Origin: an uncultured delta proteobacterium
Lineage (GTDB): Bacteria; Desulfobacterota; Binatia; UBA9968
Direction of reading: 5' to 3'
Length of the DNA: 64,000 bases
Assembly: GCA_963728565.1 (NCBI GenBank)
Contig: CAVSLC010000005.1
Location: forward strand, 1 to 64,000
Numbering within the stretch: position 1 is the first letter of the stretch; every line of letters starts with the position of its first letter. The notes beneath the pieces were generated by a model. That model was given only the letters and a program-made list of their open reading frames with translations, was not told the DNA's origin and did not search any database. Shown piece by piece: positions 33,621 to 44,030 of this stretch. The translations under genes were made by a program, and so were the position numbers.

Positions 33621-34802
33621 TTATTTCAGGTGCGCGCGCTGTGCGATGGTGATCAACAGACCGGCGGCGGCGATCGCGGCAACAGCGACGTACATCCAAA
33701 AAAATCCAAACCCCTGAAGCAAGCTGCCGCAGATCAGCGCGCCAACGCCGTTACTGAGCGGGAGGGCGATGGAAAAAGTCGCCATCGCTCTCCCTCTTCG
33801 CTCGGGTTTTGCCTGCTCCATTGCGATTGCCAATGTGGTTGCGCTGGCCATGGCTAAGCCCAGCATGTAGAGCGTCCCCGGGATCATCAATTGGAGCAAA
33901 CTCGAAGCAAATGCCAACGCCAACAATGCGACAGCTTGCAAGATAAAGCAGGCGAGCAAAGCGCGCCGCCGGCCGATCTGATCGGAAACTTTTCCCAGTA
34001 GGGGACGAGCAAGCAGACTCGTCGTACCCGTCGCCACATAAAACCAGCCGATATTGTCGATGCCGTTCTCTCGCGCGTAAAGGACCAGGAAGCTTGCCAC
34101 GGCCGGAAAGGTCACGTGCGAGCTAAATGAAAGCAGCGAAGCGAGAATAATTTCGCGGTCCAAGACGCTCCAAACTTCTTTCCACCAGGGAGCCGAAGGA
34201 GCGGCATGGGGTTTATGAGTTGGTTCTGATACGTAGCGCGCGCGAATCGCGCCAGTGCCTGCGCCAAGCGCGGCAAGCGCGATGGCCACTATGAAAACCG
34301 TATGGAAACCGCCAAACGGCGCGTCGATCAGCCACAGAGCGACGGCCGGTAACAGGATCGTGCCGCTGGCTTGAACGCCACTGTAAAAACCGGACGCTTC
34401 GCCGCGTCGTGCCGGCGGCGCGCTTAGGGCCAAGAGCGAATAGCCCGCGGCGCTCAAACCTGCCCAACCGAGGCCGCGCAAAGCGTTGGCGAACATCGTC
34501 GCTTCGACAAAGGGAATGAAACAGAAAATCACCGCGGCGGATAACAAAAGCAGCCCGCAAATGAGAACGCCTGTTTCAGACCAACTGTCGGCCCAGCCGC
34601 CAATCAGTGGCCGGAACACGACGCTGGTTGCCGCAAAGCATGCGAGCACCAGGCCCACTTCCAACGGAGTGCCCCCTAACGAGGTGATGTAGAGCGGAAA
34701 TGTCGGTTGCAGAAGCGCATGTTGAGCCGAGCCAAAAAACTGCGCGCAACATAGTAGAGCAAACGCGGGCGTCCACAGCCGCTGGGATTTCGCCGTGGTC
34801 AT
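33621..34802 (-). CDS. MFS transporter
   Basis: About 12 hydrophobic segments; GKVSDQIGRR motif A; RRGEA/RRGRA. Confidence 0.9.
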   Translation of the reverse strand: MTTAKSQRLWTPAFALLCCAQFFGSAQHALLQPTFPLYITSLGGTPLEVGLVLACFAATSVVFRPLIGGWADSWSETGVLICGLLLLSAAVIFCFIPFVEATMFANALRGLGWAGLSAAGYSLLALSAPPARRGEASGFYSGVQASGTILLPAVALWLIDAPFGGFHTVFIVAIALAALGAGTGAIRARYVSEPTHKPHAAPSAPWWKEVWSVLDREIILASLLSFSSHVTFPAVASFLVLYARENGIDNIGWFYVATGTTSLLARPLLGKVSDQIGRRRALLACFILQAVALLALAFASSLLQLMIPGTLYMLGLAMASATTLAIAMEQAKPERRGRAMATFSIALPLSNGVGALICGSLLQGFGFFWMYVAVAAIAAAGLLITIAQRAHLK

Positions 34803-35167
34803 CAAAGTCGCTGATCCAAGGATAGTTTTCTTTTGCGGCGTTTCGAAATGTGGAGAAGAGACCGGAAGTGCAAAGAGAGCCTACGCTAGCATGAACCCGA
34901 GGCAAGGTCGAGCTAGGCGCGGAGCTGTGCAGCGACAGAGTGTCGATGCTACTTCATTGACATCGTAAGCCGCCGTGGTGATGGCGCATGAGTGCAAAAT
35001 GGTTGCGCGACCAACTCGGAAAGAGACAACGTAGTTCCCACAGACTGATACGAATCGATACACCGAGTTTCACCTGCTTTACATTGCCTGATTATAGTAG
35101 GGTTAGAAACGGAGCTTCATTCTATTTGATTGCCAAATTGTCTCTTGCGTCGATGATGATTTAATCG

Positions 35168-35182
35168 TGGCATCTGTCTTGC
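35168..35182 (+). promoter_or_regulatory. Putative sigma-54 (-24/-12) promoter
   Basis: TGGCATCTGTCTTGC matches TGGCA-N6-TTGC spacing, 13 nt before ATG 35196. Confidence 0.55.
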
Positions 35183-35195
35183 GCCTCCCTGCGGC

Positions 35196-35390
35196 ATGAA
35201 CTTAGCCGATGAAACTTGCGATCATTGTGAGGGTATCCTCCTCGGCAACAAAGCGTATCGGGTATGGACGGAAGATTCTGGGCGAATCTTGTTAGATATG
35301 GTCGTGTGCTATGCCTGTAATCTCGAGGCGCAGAAGCTCGGCCTGAATAGCGACCAAGTTAAGACGATCGCCAGACCATCACAAAAGTGA
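35196..35390 (+). CDS. Small hypothetical protein with two CxxC motifs
   Basis: 64 aa, CDHC..CYAC. Confidence 0.6.
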   Translation: MNLADETCDHCEGILLGNKAYRVWTEDSGRILLDMVVCYACNLEAQKLGLNSDQVKTIARPSQK

Positions 35391-35592
35391 CTTGCTGACG
35401 AAGGAGCGCCTAAATCCTCCATCGAACCAGTGGCTAACTGCGCTTACTTCTTTATTTAATCGTCACGACGCGGAAGTTGAGCGCAGGAGAACAACGTCCG
35501 CTGATGCGCAACCCGGAACAAGTTGCCGCCCAAACTTTGGCCACCTCCATAGCTGGCGTCTGATACAGCAGAACATCTGTAATGCCGCAGAC

Positions 35593-36195
35593 CTAACCGG
35601 GCTGTCGGCGCCGGAATGTTACAACCCGATAAAGATATCCGAGCACGATCAATCCGATCACCACATTCGAAATAGGATTCATCCAGTGAGCCACCTTTTC
35701 GTACTGGCTCTCGAGAAAGTACCCGGCCGTTGCCAGGAGCGCGGTCCATAAGATTGTGCCGGCGCTGGAATAGAGAAGAAACGAGGCAAGCGGCATCCCG
35801 GCAATGCCCGCCGGAACGGAGATGAGGGTTCGAACCGCGGGGATAAGCCTGCCGATGAAGACGGTTTTGCCGCCGTGACGATTAAACCAGGCGCACGCCT
35901 GCTCGACCTCTTTCGGTGAAAGCGTGAGCCAGCGGCCATGTTTTGTCGCCCATCGCTCTAATCTTTGGGCGCCGATCTTCTGACCAATGTAGTACCAGAG
36001 AAGAGCTCCGAGCAGGGAACCGATGGACCCTGCGATTATGCCGATCAGCAAGTTGCCCTCGCCGCGGGCCGCCGAAAACCCCGCCAGCGGCATGATCAAT
36101 TCCGACGGAATGGGTGGGAAAACGTTTTCGGCGAACATTAAAAGTACCAGGCCGAGTGCCCCCATCTTCTGAAAGCCCATAAGCCAATCGAACAC
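35593..36195 (-). CDS. DedA family membrane protein
   Basis: ENVFPPIPSELIMPLAGF, FIGRLIPAVRTLISVPAG; GGAGG RBS before GTG 36195. Confidence 0.9.
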   Translation of the reverse strand: MFDWLMGFQKMGALGLVLLMFAENVFPPIPSELIMPLAGFSAARGEGNLLIGIIAGSIGSLLGALLWYYIGQKIGAQRLERWATKHGRWLTLSPKEVEQACAWFNRHGGKTVFIGRLIPAVRTLISVPAGIAGMPLASFLLYSSAGTILWTALLATAGYFLESQYEKVAHWMNPISNVVIGLIVLGYLYRVVTFRRRQPG

Positions 36196-36244
36196 GATTC
36201 CTCCTTTCAATGACTTCTCTGCCGGCAGCGCTTCCGTCCATGCT

Positions 36245-36723
36245 TCATCCATCCTCGCTATCATTGACGGGCCTTCGATAGAACTCGACGAAGAACCGCA
36301 CCGAGCCGACCGGTTCGACATGGTGCCGGACCTCTGGAATGACGATTCCGGGCACTCCAGGAGATAACTCAAACTGCGTCCCCAGAGCATCGATTCGATA
36401 GTTCAGTTTTCCCTCGATCACCTGGATCTTTGCCCAGACGCCGGGCTTGGTCGAGTGGTCCCTGCGCAGGCTCTGAGGTACAGTCCGTTCGTTGAATTCG
36501 GCGGTCTTCCGGTAGGCTTTAAAATCGTCCGGCATTTCGAACCGATCACACCTGACACAATCCATGGGCTTACCGATCTTCTTGCTTCGTTCGATTTCAG
36601 TGATGACCCACGGCCGTTCTTCGAAGGGCGGCCGATGCCTGACATGCTGCCGTGGCCGCAGCTCAGAAGGGCTACCCAGTCGCCGTGCTCGTCCATTTTG
36701 AATCCGGTTATCAAGCGGCGCAT
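36245..36723 (-). CDS. DUF3565-DUF1971 (TehB-associated) fusion protein, one frameshift near 36650
   Basis: DEHGDWVALLSCGHG/QHVRHRPPF..CVRCD followed by TVPQSLRRDHSTKPGVWAKI..PEVRHHVEP..FFVEFY. Confidence 0.75.
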
Positions 36724-36901
36724 GCGGCTAAGTCGCTACTTCATCAGTACTGATGGGACTAAGCGATCTGTTCGACTGCGACTCAAAGCCATCGACTCGA
36801 GGACCAGGATGAGACTTTAGGTTTTGCCGCTCTCGTCGACCTTTGTTACCTCGATAATCTCGCAGTAATCAGCTGAGAGCTACCGCACAGCTCACCGCTG
36901 A

Positions 36902-37357
36902 TTATTGCCGTGTGTATGTTTCGGTCGTAGGCGTCTCAGCCAACCTGGAATTTATGCTTATGGTTTTGGCGCCTTCGCCGAATCGAATTGTTGCCGACTG
37001 GTTTCTGCCGGCAACATTTGCCGGCGCGGTGAAAGTTAACGACAGATTATTTCCAGTGAGCCGCCAGGTCCCGGAACCTTTTACGCTGCTGCCGGAGAAT
37101 GTGGCCGTGAACGTGCCATTGGGATTGAATTCGATCACATCGTTGCCGCTACAGGAGGTGGTCGAGCCGCCGGGCAGCGGCATAGTGGCAGGACATTCGA
37201 ACGACTGATTGCCGGTGGCAATCGATGTTTGGCGCCATTGGCCAACCAACGAAGACGAGTCAGCAGGTAAACTGCCGGCTCCTCTAGTACTACAGCCAAA
37301 CAGGAACATTAGCAGCAGAAAGCCACCCATCGAGATTCTGCCAAAGCTCTCATTCAT
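36902..37357 (-). CDS. Lipoprotein, lipocalin-like beta barrel
   Basis: Lipobox LFGC; LVGQW..F.PNGTF..GTWRLTGNNL. Confidence 0.7.
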   Translation of the reverse strand: MNESFGRISMGGFLLLMFLFGCSTRGAGSLPADSSSLVGQWRQTSIATGNQSFECPATMPLPGGSTTSCSGNDVIEFNPNGTFTATFSGSSVKGSGTWRLTGNNLSLTFTAPANVAGRNQSATIRFGEGAKTISINSRLAETPTTETYTRQ

Positions 37358-37526
37358 CGTTTGCTTTCCCTTCGCTCCGGTCTGACGTGGAGCGCACTTC
37401 TTCTTAACTCGATAGGGATGCTATTTCCAATGGCGTTGTGACAGGGTTTGATCGCCTGGAGTCGAGGATTGACCGGGGCTAAAGGGTTGGTTAGGCATAT
37501 CATGAGGGATTAAAGGAGGCATCACG

Positions 37527-37970
37527 ATGATAAGAACTCTGCTTGCCACGAGTTGCGCTTTGGTCTTTGGCGCTTCGCTGGCGCAAGGCGCCGAGTACTT
37601 TATCTACCAAGATCCTGCTGGAAAGATCGTCCTGTCCAATATAGCTCCACCGCCTGGGGCAGAGGTGATCAAGCGCGAGGAATTGCAAGATGTCACCGAT
37701 GAAGAGGTGCGCGCAGGGCGGGAGCGCGAGCATGCGTTTTGGCAGCGACTCAAGGATGAAGAGCTGGCGGAGTCAAACCGAAACATGGCGGAAAGCAACT
37801 ATCGTTTGGCTCAGGCGATTATCACAGCCGCAACGCTGCGTGAAACGGAGCCGGAGGTTTTGGTTCAGGTCGCAAATGCGCCTGGTTCTCGATTTCGCGG
37901 TCCGCACATGGATCAACGGCGAACGCGGGGCCGCTCACCCAACGAATTTCGGCATACTAGAATCCGCTAG
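37527..37970 (+). CDS. Exported DUF4124-like protein
   Basis: Signal peptide then YQDPAGKIVLSNIAPP and coiled-coil. Confidence 0.7.
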   Translation: MIRTLLATSCALVFGASLAQGAEYFIYQDPAGKIVLSNIAPPPGAEVIKREELQDVTDEEVRAGREREHAFWQRLKDEELAESNRNMAESNYRLAQAIITAATLRETEPEVLVQVANAPGSRFRGPHMDQRRTRGRSPNEFRHTRIR

Positions 37971-37971
37971 G

Positions 37972-39691
37972 CTAATGATTTGCCGCGCTCGACTTAGCCG
38001 CGTGGCATTCGAGCACATGCTGAATCATACCGATTGCCAGTTCGTGCTCGCCAAGAAAAACTTTGCCGGCCTGTCTCTTTTTCCAGGAGCACGGCCTCTT
38101 CTTCGCTGTGCGTGCGCACAACCGTTTGGATGCGCGGGTTGACGGTGCGGGCGACCTCAATCATTTTTCGGACGTTGAGGCTATCGGGAGTGGCGATCAC
38201 CAAAATAGATGCCCGGTGAACATGAGCTTGGAGGAGAACCGCGGGATCGGAGGCATCACCGGACACCGCTGCTATACCGCTCGAGCGCAGGCGTTCGACG
38301 ATTTCGCGGTTCTGCTCGGCGACAACAATCGATATGCCATGCTCGGTTAGCGCTTCGCCGATGCGGCGGCCGACTCGGCCATAGCCGACGATGACAACAT
38401 GTCCGGTCAGGCGCTTTAGATCGGTGGTCATCGGCAACGCCGCGAGAGGGTCATCCGGGCGCTCCAAAGCTTGAGCGAGTTTTGAGCGGGAGCGGATCCA
38501 AGCTTGCACCGGCTCGATGGCTCCGAACAACACAGGATTGAGAGCGATCGAAATGATCGCGCCTGCCAGGATTAGACTCTGGCCTTCGACCGGCAGCAAT
38601 CCAAGGGATACCCCGAGACCGGCCAGGATGAACGAGAACTCGCCGATTTGCGCCAGGCTTGCCGATACCGTAAGCGCGGTGTTGAGCGGATAGCGGAACA
38701 GAAGGACAATCGCAAAAGCCGCCAGCGATTTGCCGAAGATGATGATCGCCAGCACCATCAGAACATGGAGCGGTTCGCGAATCAGCACGTCGGGATCGAA
38801 CAACATGCCGACGGATACAAAGAACAGAACGGAAAACGCGTCCCTGAGAGGCAAGGATTCTTCCGCCGCCCGGTAGCTGAGCGGGGATTCTCTCATCACC
38901 ATGCCGGCGAAAAACGCGCCGAGCGCGAATGAGACGCCAAAGAGTTCGGCGGAACTATAGGCAATGCCGACGGCGGCCGCGACGATGCACAGAGTAAAAA
39001 GCTCGCGAGAGCCGGTCCGGGCAATTTGCCAGAGCAACCACGGAAACAGACGGCGACCTACGACCAGCATCAGCACGATAAAGACCGACACCTTGCCGAT
39101 CGTCAGCGCAAACGTTGCCAGTAAGCTTCGATCTCCAGCAGGTTCAGCGGCATTTACGTTACCGCCGAGCCAGACCGACATCGCTGGAAGCAGGACCAGC
39201 ACCAATACCATCACGAGGTCCTCGACTATGAGCCAGCCGATGGCAATGCGGCCATTGACGGAATCAAGAACACCGCGATGCTCCAGGGCCTTGAGCAGCA
39301 CGACCGTGCTGGCTACGGAGAGCGCAAGACCAAACACGAGTCCGGCAGCAAGACTCCAACCCCAAGTAGCGGAGACAGCCATTCCCAACACCGTGGCAAC
39401 CGTGATTTGGACAATCGCGCCGGGTAAGGCGATGCGGCGCACTGCTAATAAGTCGTCCAGTGAAAAGTGCAGTCCGACGCCGAACATCAACAACATCACG
39501 CCGATTTCAGCAAGCTGGCTCGATAGTTCGACGTCGGCAACAAATCCCGGTGTTGCGGGACCAATAATGATGCCGGCGGTGAGATAACCAACCAGAACCG
39601 GCAGCTTTAGCCGAGCTGCGATAAAGCCCATGATAAGCGCAAGCCCCAAGCCGGCGGCGATTGTGCTGATTAAGGTGACGCTATGAGGCAC
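37972..39691 (-). CDS. ybaL: Kef-type (YbaL-like) CPA2 cation:proton antiporter with TrkA-N domain; frameshift near 38065
   Basis: LAEIGVMLLMFGVGLHFS, GWLIVED, AQIGEFSF, IVGYGRVG; C-terminus GKVFLGEHELA continues in the 37972-38160 frame. Confidence 0.88.
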
Positions 39692-39703
39692 GTAGCTCTT
39701 CTC

Positions 39704-39859
39704 CTAGCAGGCTGCTGAAAAGACTCATATCCTTGGTTGCGCTCGATCGTCTCGCCACAACGTACTCGCTAAGTATGCCTCCGTTCGTCAATTTCTCGCG
39801 CGCCTCGGCTCTAACTCTTTTGAGCAGCCTGCAATCCGCGTTTTTCGTCAACCTGCTAG
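39704..39859. mobile_element. MITE-like element, copy 2 (156 bp, inverted relative to copy 1)
   Basis: CTAGCAGGCTGCTGAAAAGACTCATA..TTGAGCAGCCTGCAA..TTTTTCGTCAACCTGCTAG; CTAG at both ends. Confidence 0.72.
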
Positions 39860-40467
39860 ATTTGGATGTCGGCGGACCTGACTTAAATCCACAGGCCGGA
39901 ATTGTCGTCAGTTGGGTTTCGCCAATCCGGCAGCCGTTGAATAGCACACATCAAGAAAACCCCGGGCGCGACTTGCGCATCGAGTGGGCCCGCCCCGTTT
40001 CCGGATGAATGATTGCCTGCGCCCTGAGAGAATTGGCAGAGAGCTGCCCCGCAGCGAGCGTTCGAAAAGCAATTGTTATCGCGGATTGAGCGTGCTGATC
40101 AGCTTGAGTGGCCCATCAGCCGGCGGCAGTTTGTTTAATGATTTGTGTGCGGTCCAGCGACACAGAACGAAAGTATAATGAATGCATTGTGCCCGCAACT
40201 TCCGCACACGAAACCACCAACAGCTACCGACGGTCGGTCCAAGCTGTTCACACCGTTTCGAAAGATGCGTGCTCCCGCGGGGGAGTATGGATGCACCAAT
40301 TAGGAAGATGAAATCTCCCGGGTTTTTTTAAGCCACGTCTTTGGTCGCGAGGCTCGTCCAGCGAGCTATTTCGTTTCACTTTACTTTCTTACCCCGGCGA
40401 TTTCAGTTATCGTGCGAGCGTTTTAGCAACTTCGCTCGACATCAATTAGTTTCGGAGGACGATCGGG

Positions 40468-41695
40468 ATGGAAAGAAAGTGGTGGCTCGTGATCGTCGGT
40501 TGCATCACCCATGCGGTGAACACCGGCTTGAGCTATTTCGGCATGAGCGCCTACTTTCCTTCCTTCGAGCGCGAGTTCGGTTGGAGCCGCACGGCAATTT
40601 CGGGCGCTTTTTCTCTGGCGCGAATTGAATCCGGCCTTCTCGGACCCATGGAAGGGTATGTAACGGACCGGGTCGGACCGCAGAGAATGATATTCATCGG
40701 GCTCTTTCTCTGCGTCGGCGGTTTTTTAGCGCTGAGTTTGGTGGACTCGCTGCCGATGCTCTACGCCGTCATCGTTTTCGGCATCGTTCTCGGTTCCAGC
40801 CTTGGTTACAACATGCCGATCAGCGTTCTGATCGCCAAGGTTTTTCGCGAGAGAAGAAGCCTGGCCTTCGGCATCTTCCGCATGGGACCCGGAATTTCGG
40901 GCCCGATGGTTCCGTTGGTCGGATGGATGATCGGATTATGGGGCTGGCGAACCGCAGCGGTCGATATCCGGGTGTGTTCTGCTCGCGATTGGATTTCCGC
41001 TCGCCTGCGTTATCAGAAAAATTTATACCCAAGAAGAAGCCGGCATCGTCAGCCTGGAGAGCTCTGAGGCTAATTCGAAAGACTCTCCGCATTCTTCGAT
41101 TGATCCGCAGTTCACACTTAAGCAAGCGTTACGTCATCGATCTTTTTGGTTGCTTTCTGTCGCAATGGGCATGCGCCATCTGGTGACCGAAGGAGTTTCG
41201 GTTCACTTTGTTATTCTCCTGGTGGACCGCGGCTGGAGCACTGAAGCGGCCAGCACCTTGCTCGGCATATCCGCATTGATCGGCGCGCCGGCGCGGATCG
41301 GCATGGGGTGGTTGGGAGATTTGCTCGATAAGCGCCGCTTGGTAATGGGATTATTGCTGGCGTTGAGTGTCTCGGTGCTGTTGATGGGATATACCGGCCA
41401 GGCGGTTGTTTTTACCGCCTGCATGATTATCTATTCGTTGGCGTACGGCGGGCTGGCCGCTTTACAAGAACCGATCCGCGCCGACTATTTCGGCACGCGA
41501 GCATTCGCGACGATTCAAGGCATGAGCCGATCGGTTGTGACTGCGGGCACCTTTCTCGGTCCTATCATCGCGGGATTTTTCTATGATGTGACGAAAAGCT
41601 ACACAATTGCATTCGGCGTTTTCGCTCTCGTCAGTTTGATGGCAACGCTGTTCATGTTTTTTGCCAAACCGCCGAAGCGAGCTTGCGGCAATTGA
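40468..41695 (+). CDS. MFS transporter (MCT/OFA-like), frameshifts near 40965-41100
   Basis: EFGWSRTAIS, TDRVGP, GWLGDLLDKRR, ADYFG across ORFs 40468-41067 and 41150-41695. Confidence 0.85.
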
Positions 41696-41860
41696 TGTCG
41701 CTTGCGCGATCACGGCAAAGGGCAATCGATGCGCTGCGGTCGAGCGATGATGTACGCTCGCAGCCGGAACTTGACAACTCCGGAGCACTCAAGCAATACA
41801 CATTACGACGCGGTAATCGAAGTTTTAATTCACGGAATGCCGAAAGGCGGTAACGTTGCG

Positions 41861-42925
41861 ATGAGAAAGAATCGCTTTCCTGTGATCGACGGCGACGGTC
41901 ATGTCACGGAACGGAGCAAGGAGATTTTGGACTTTCTCGGCGGCAACTACCGGGGCACCAGCAAGGACCAGAGCTGGGCCGACACGTTCTCGCCTTTTCC
42001 GTCCTTGGATGGCTGGGCGCGCCTGTCGGGCATGAGCTCGCCGGGGTTGCGCGATTATCCAGATTGCGACACCTGGATCTCGTTTCTCGATGAATGCGGC
42101 ATACAAACGACCATCGTCTATCCGACGGCCGCTCTCGCCTTCGGTTTGATTCAGGATCCCGCCTGGGCGGTGGACATCGCCCGCGCTTACAATTCTTGGC
42201 TGCACGCGAGTTATACAAAGCGAACTTCCCGGATCCTCGGCGCGGCGCTGATCCCGATCCACGATGTTCCCGCCGCCGTCAAGGAGCTCCGCCGCGTCAA
42301 AGAAGAACTGGGCATGCCGGCGGCGATGCTGCCGTCGGTCACCAACCTGCGCAAAGGCTACGGTCACGAGAGTTTCTTTCCGATTTACGAAGAAGCGTGC
42401 CGCCTCGACATGCCCTTGGCGGTTCACGGCGCGCCAAGCCGCGGTTTGGGCTTTGATTTTTTTGAGACCTTCGCCGAAGTTCATGCCTTGGAGCATCCGC
42501 TGCCGCTGATGATCCAGCTTACCAATATGATTTTTCAGGGTGTATTCGAGCTTTACCCGGAACTGCGGGTCGCTTATCTCGAGGCCGGCTGCGGCTGGAT
42601 TCCATTTATGATGGACCGGCTCGACGAAGACTTTGAAAGACGCGGTAAAAAGTGGGCGCCGAGACTGAAGCGCGCGCCCAGCGAATATATCGCCGGCGGT
42701 GCGGTCTACGTTTCTTTGGAATCCGAGGAGCGCACATTGCCCTATGTACTAGAGCTGTTTGGCGAGGATCACATCTTTTTCGCCTCCGACTATCCCCACG
42801 AACGTCAACGGTCGCAGTATCTCGAGGATATCCCTGGCATCGAAGCTCGCGCCGATATCTCGGATTCGGCAAAGCGAAAAATTCTCGCCGAGAACGCCAA
42901 GCGCTTCTACCGCCTGTCGAGCTGA
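41861..42925 (+). CDS. Amidohydrolase family 2 protein
   Basis: VIDGDGHV, RAYNSW, AVHG, YLEAGCGW, FASDYPHE. Confidence 0.9.
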   Translation: MRKNRFPVIDGDGHVTERSKEILDFLGGNYRGTSKDQSWADTFSPFPSLDGWARLSGMSSPGLRDYPDCDTWISFLDECGIQTTIVYPTAALAFGLIQDPAWAVDIARAYNSWLHASYTKRTSRILGAALIPIHDVPAAVKELRRVKEELGMPAAMLPSVTNLRKGYGHESFFPIYEEACRLDMPLAVHGAPSRGLGFDFFETFAEVHALEHPLPLMIQLTNMIFQGVFELYPELRVAYLEAGCGWIPFMMDRLDEDFERRGKKWAPRLKRAPSEYIAGGAVYVSLESEERTLPYVLELFGEDHIFFASDYPHERQRSQYLEDIPGIEARADISDSAKRKILAENAKRFYRLSS

Positions 42926-42954
42926 ATATTTGCTGGCGAAAGGGAGGACCGACG

Positions 42955-43998
42955 ATGAAATTTATAACCATCGGTTTGCCAATCCTGTTGGCGAGTAGTT
43001 TTTTTGTGCTGCCGCAATGGCAAACCGGCGCAGGTGCGGCTGCCAAGCTCCAGTGCGGCCCGACCGCTAATACCAGTAACGATCTGCCGCGGACGATTGC
43101 GATTGCTTCCAATCTGGCGGGAACCGGCGCCCATGCCTTAGCTTCGGGATTGTCGGCAGTGGCCAGCAGGGCGACGCCAATCGCTGCCAAAGTTCAACCC
43201 TATAACGGCCCGAACGCTTGGATGCCGCTGATGGAAAATGGCGAGGTCGAATTTGGCATCATCAACATCCTCGATTCGCACATGGCCGTGACCGGAACCG
43301 GCAACTATAAGAAGTCTTACCCAATGCTTCGCGTGGTCTCCGGCGGTGTGTTTCCCTTTACCGGCAGTATCATGGTGCGTGACAAATCCGAGATCAAACA
43401 GCCGAGCGATCTAAAGGGGAAACGAATGGCATGGGATTTCGGCGGCCATGCCATTACCCAGACCTGGCAAAACGCCGCCATGGAAGTCAGCGGCATAAAG
43501 CCCAGCGATGTTGTCCAGGTTCGTTTTTCCAACCTCAACGACGCCATTCGCGCCGTTCCCGAGGGCAGAGTCGACGCGACTTTTGCTGCCATCGGCATCG
43601 GCATCAACGAAGAAGTAAACGCGATGGAGCCGATCCGATTCCTTAGCCTTCCCAATACCGACGCATCCAATAAAATCCTGTCAAAATATGGCGGATCGAT
43701 TGTGAAGCAGGATCCGACGGCCGGCATTCGCGGCGACACCCACGTCATCGGTTATCCGCTTCATCTTGCCAGCTCGACCAAGGTAAACGATAGAACCGTG
43801 TCGACGCTTCTCAAAGCCTGGTGGGACAATCTCGCTGAACTGCAGACAATCCACCCGCAGTTCAAGAAGTGGACCAAAGACGTCCAGGCAATCACCAATT
43901 TCACGATCCCGTATCATTCGGGGGCGGTTAAGTTCTACAAAGAGGCGGGCGTTTGGACGGAAAAGCATGACCTTCGCGCCAAGGAGATTTGCAGTTGA
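42955..43998 (+). CDS. TAXI-family TRAP solute-binding protein 1
   Basis: GGGAGG RBS, signal peptide, GEVEFG, DLKGKR, GRVDA, IPYHSGAVKFYKEAG. Confidence 0.88.
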   Translation: MKFITIGLPILLASSFFVLPQWQTGAGAAAKLQCGPTANTSNDLPRTIAIASNLAGTGAHALASGLSAVASRATPIAAKVQPYNGPNAWMPLMENGEVEFGIINILDSHMAVTGTGNYKKSYPMLRVVSGGVFPFTGSIMVRDKSEIKQPSDLKGKRMAWDFGGHAITQTWQNAAMEVSGIKPSDVVQVRFSNLNDAIRAVPEGRVDATFAAIGIGINEEVNAMEPIRFLSLPNTDASNKILSKYGGSIVKQDPTAGIRGDTHVIGYPLHLASSTKVNDRTVSTLLKAWWDNLAELQTIHPQFKKWTKDVQAITNFTIPYHSGAVKFYKEAGVWTEKHDLRAKEICS

Positions 43999-44030
43999 TT
44001 GGATCTACAGTTCACAAGAGAAGGGGGAGC

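Noticed and set aside
39860-40467. c-di-AMP or other riboswitch upstream of the K+ antiporter or MFS
   Set aside because: Hairpins exist but I could not find the conserved motifs of any known class on either strand.
42652-42954. N-terminal extensions in the ORF track (also 26136, 41702, 36390, 49569, 16564)
   Set aside because: They overlap neighbouring genes or precede better starts with RBS or signal peptides.
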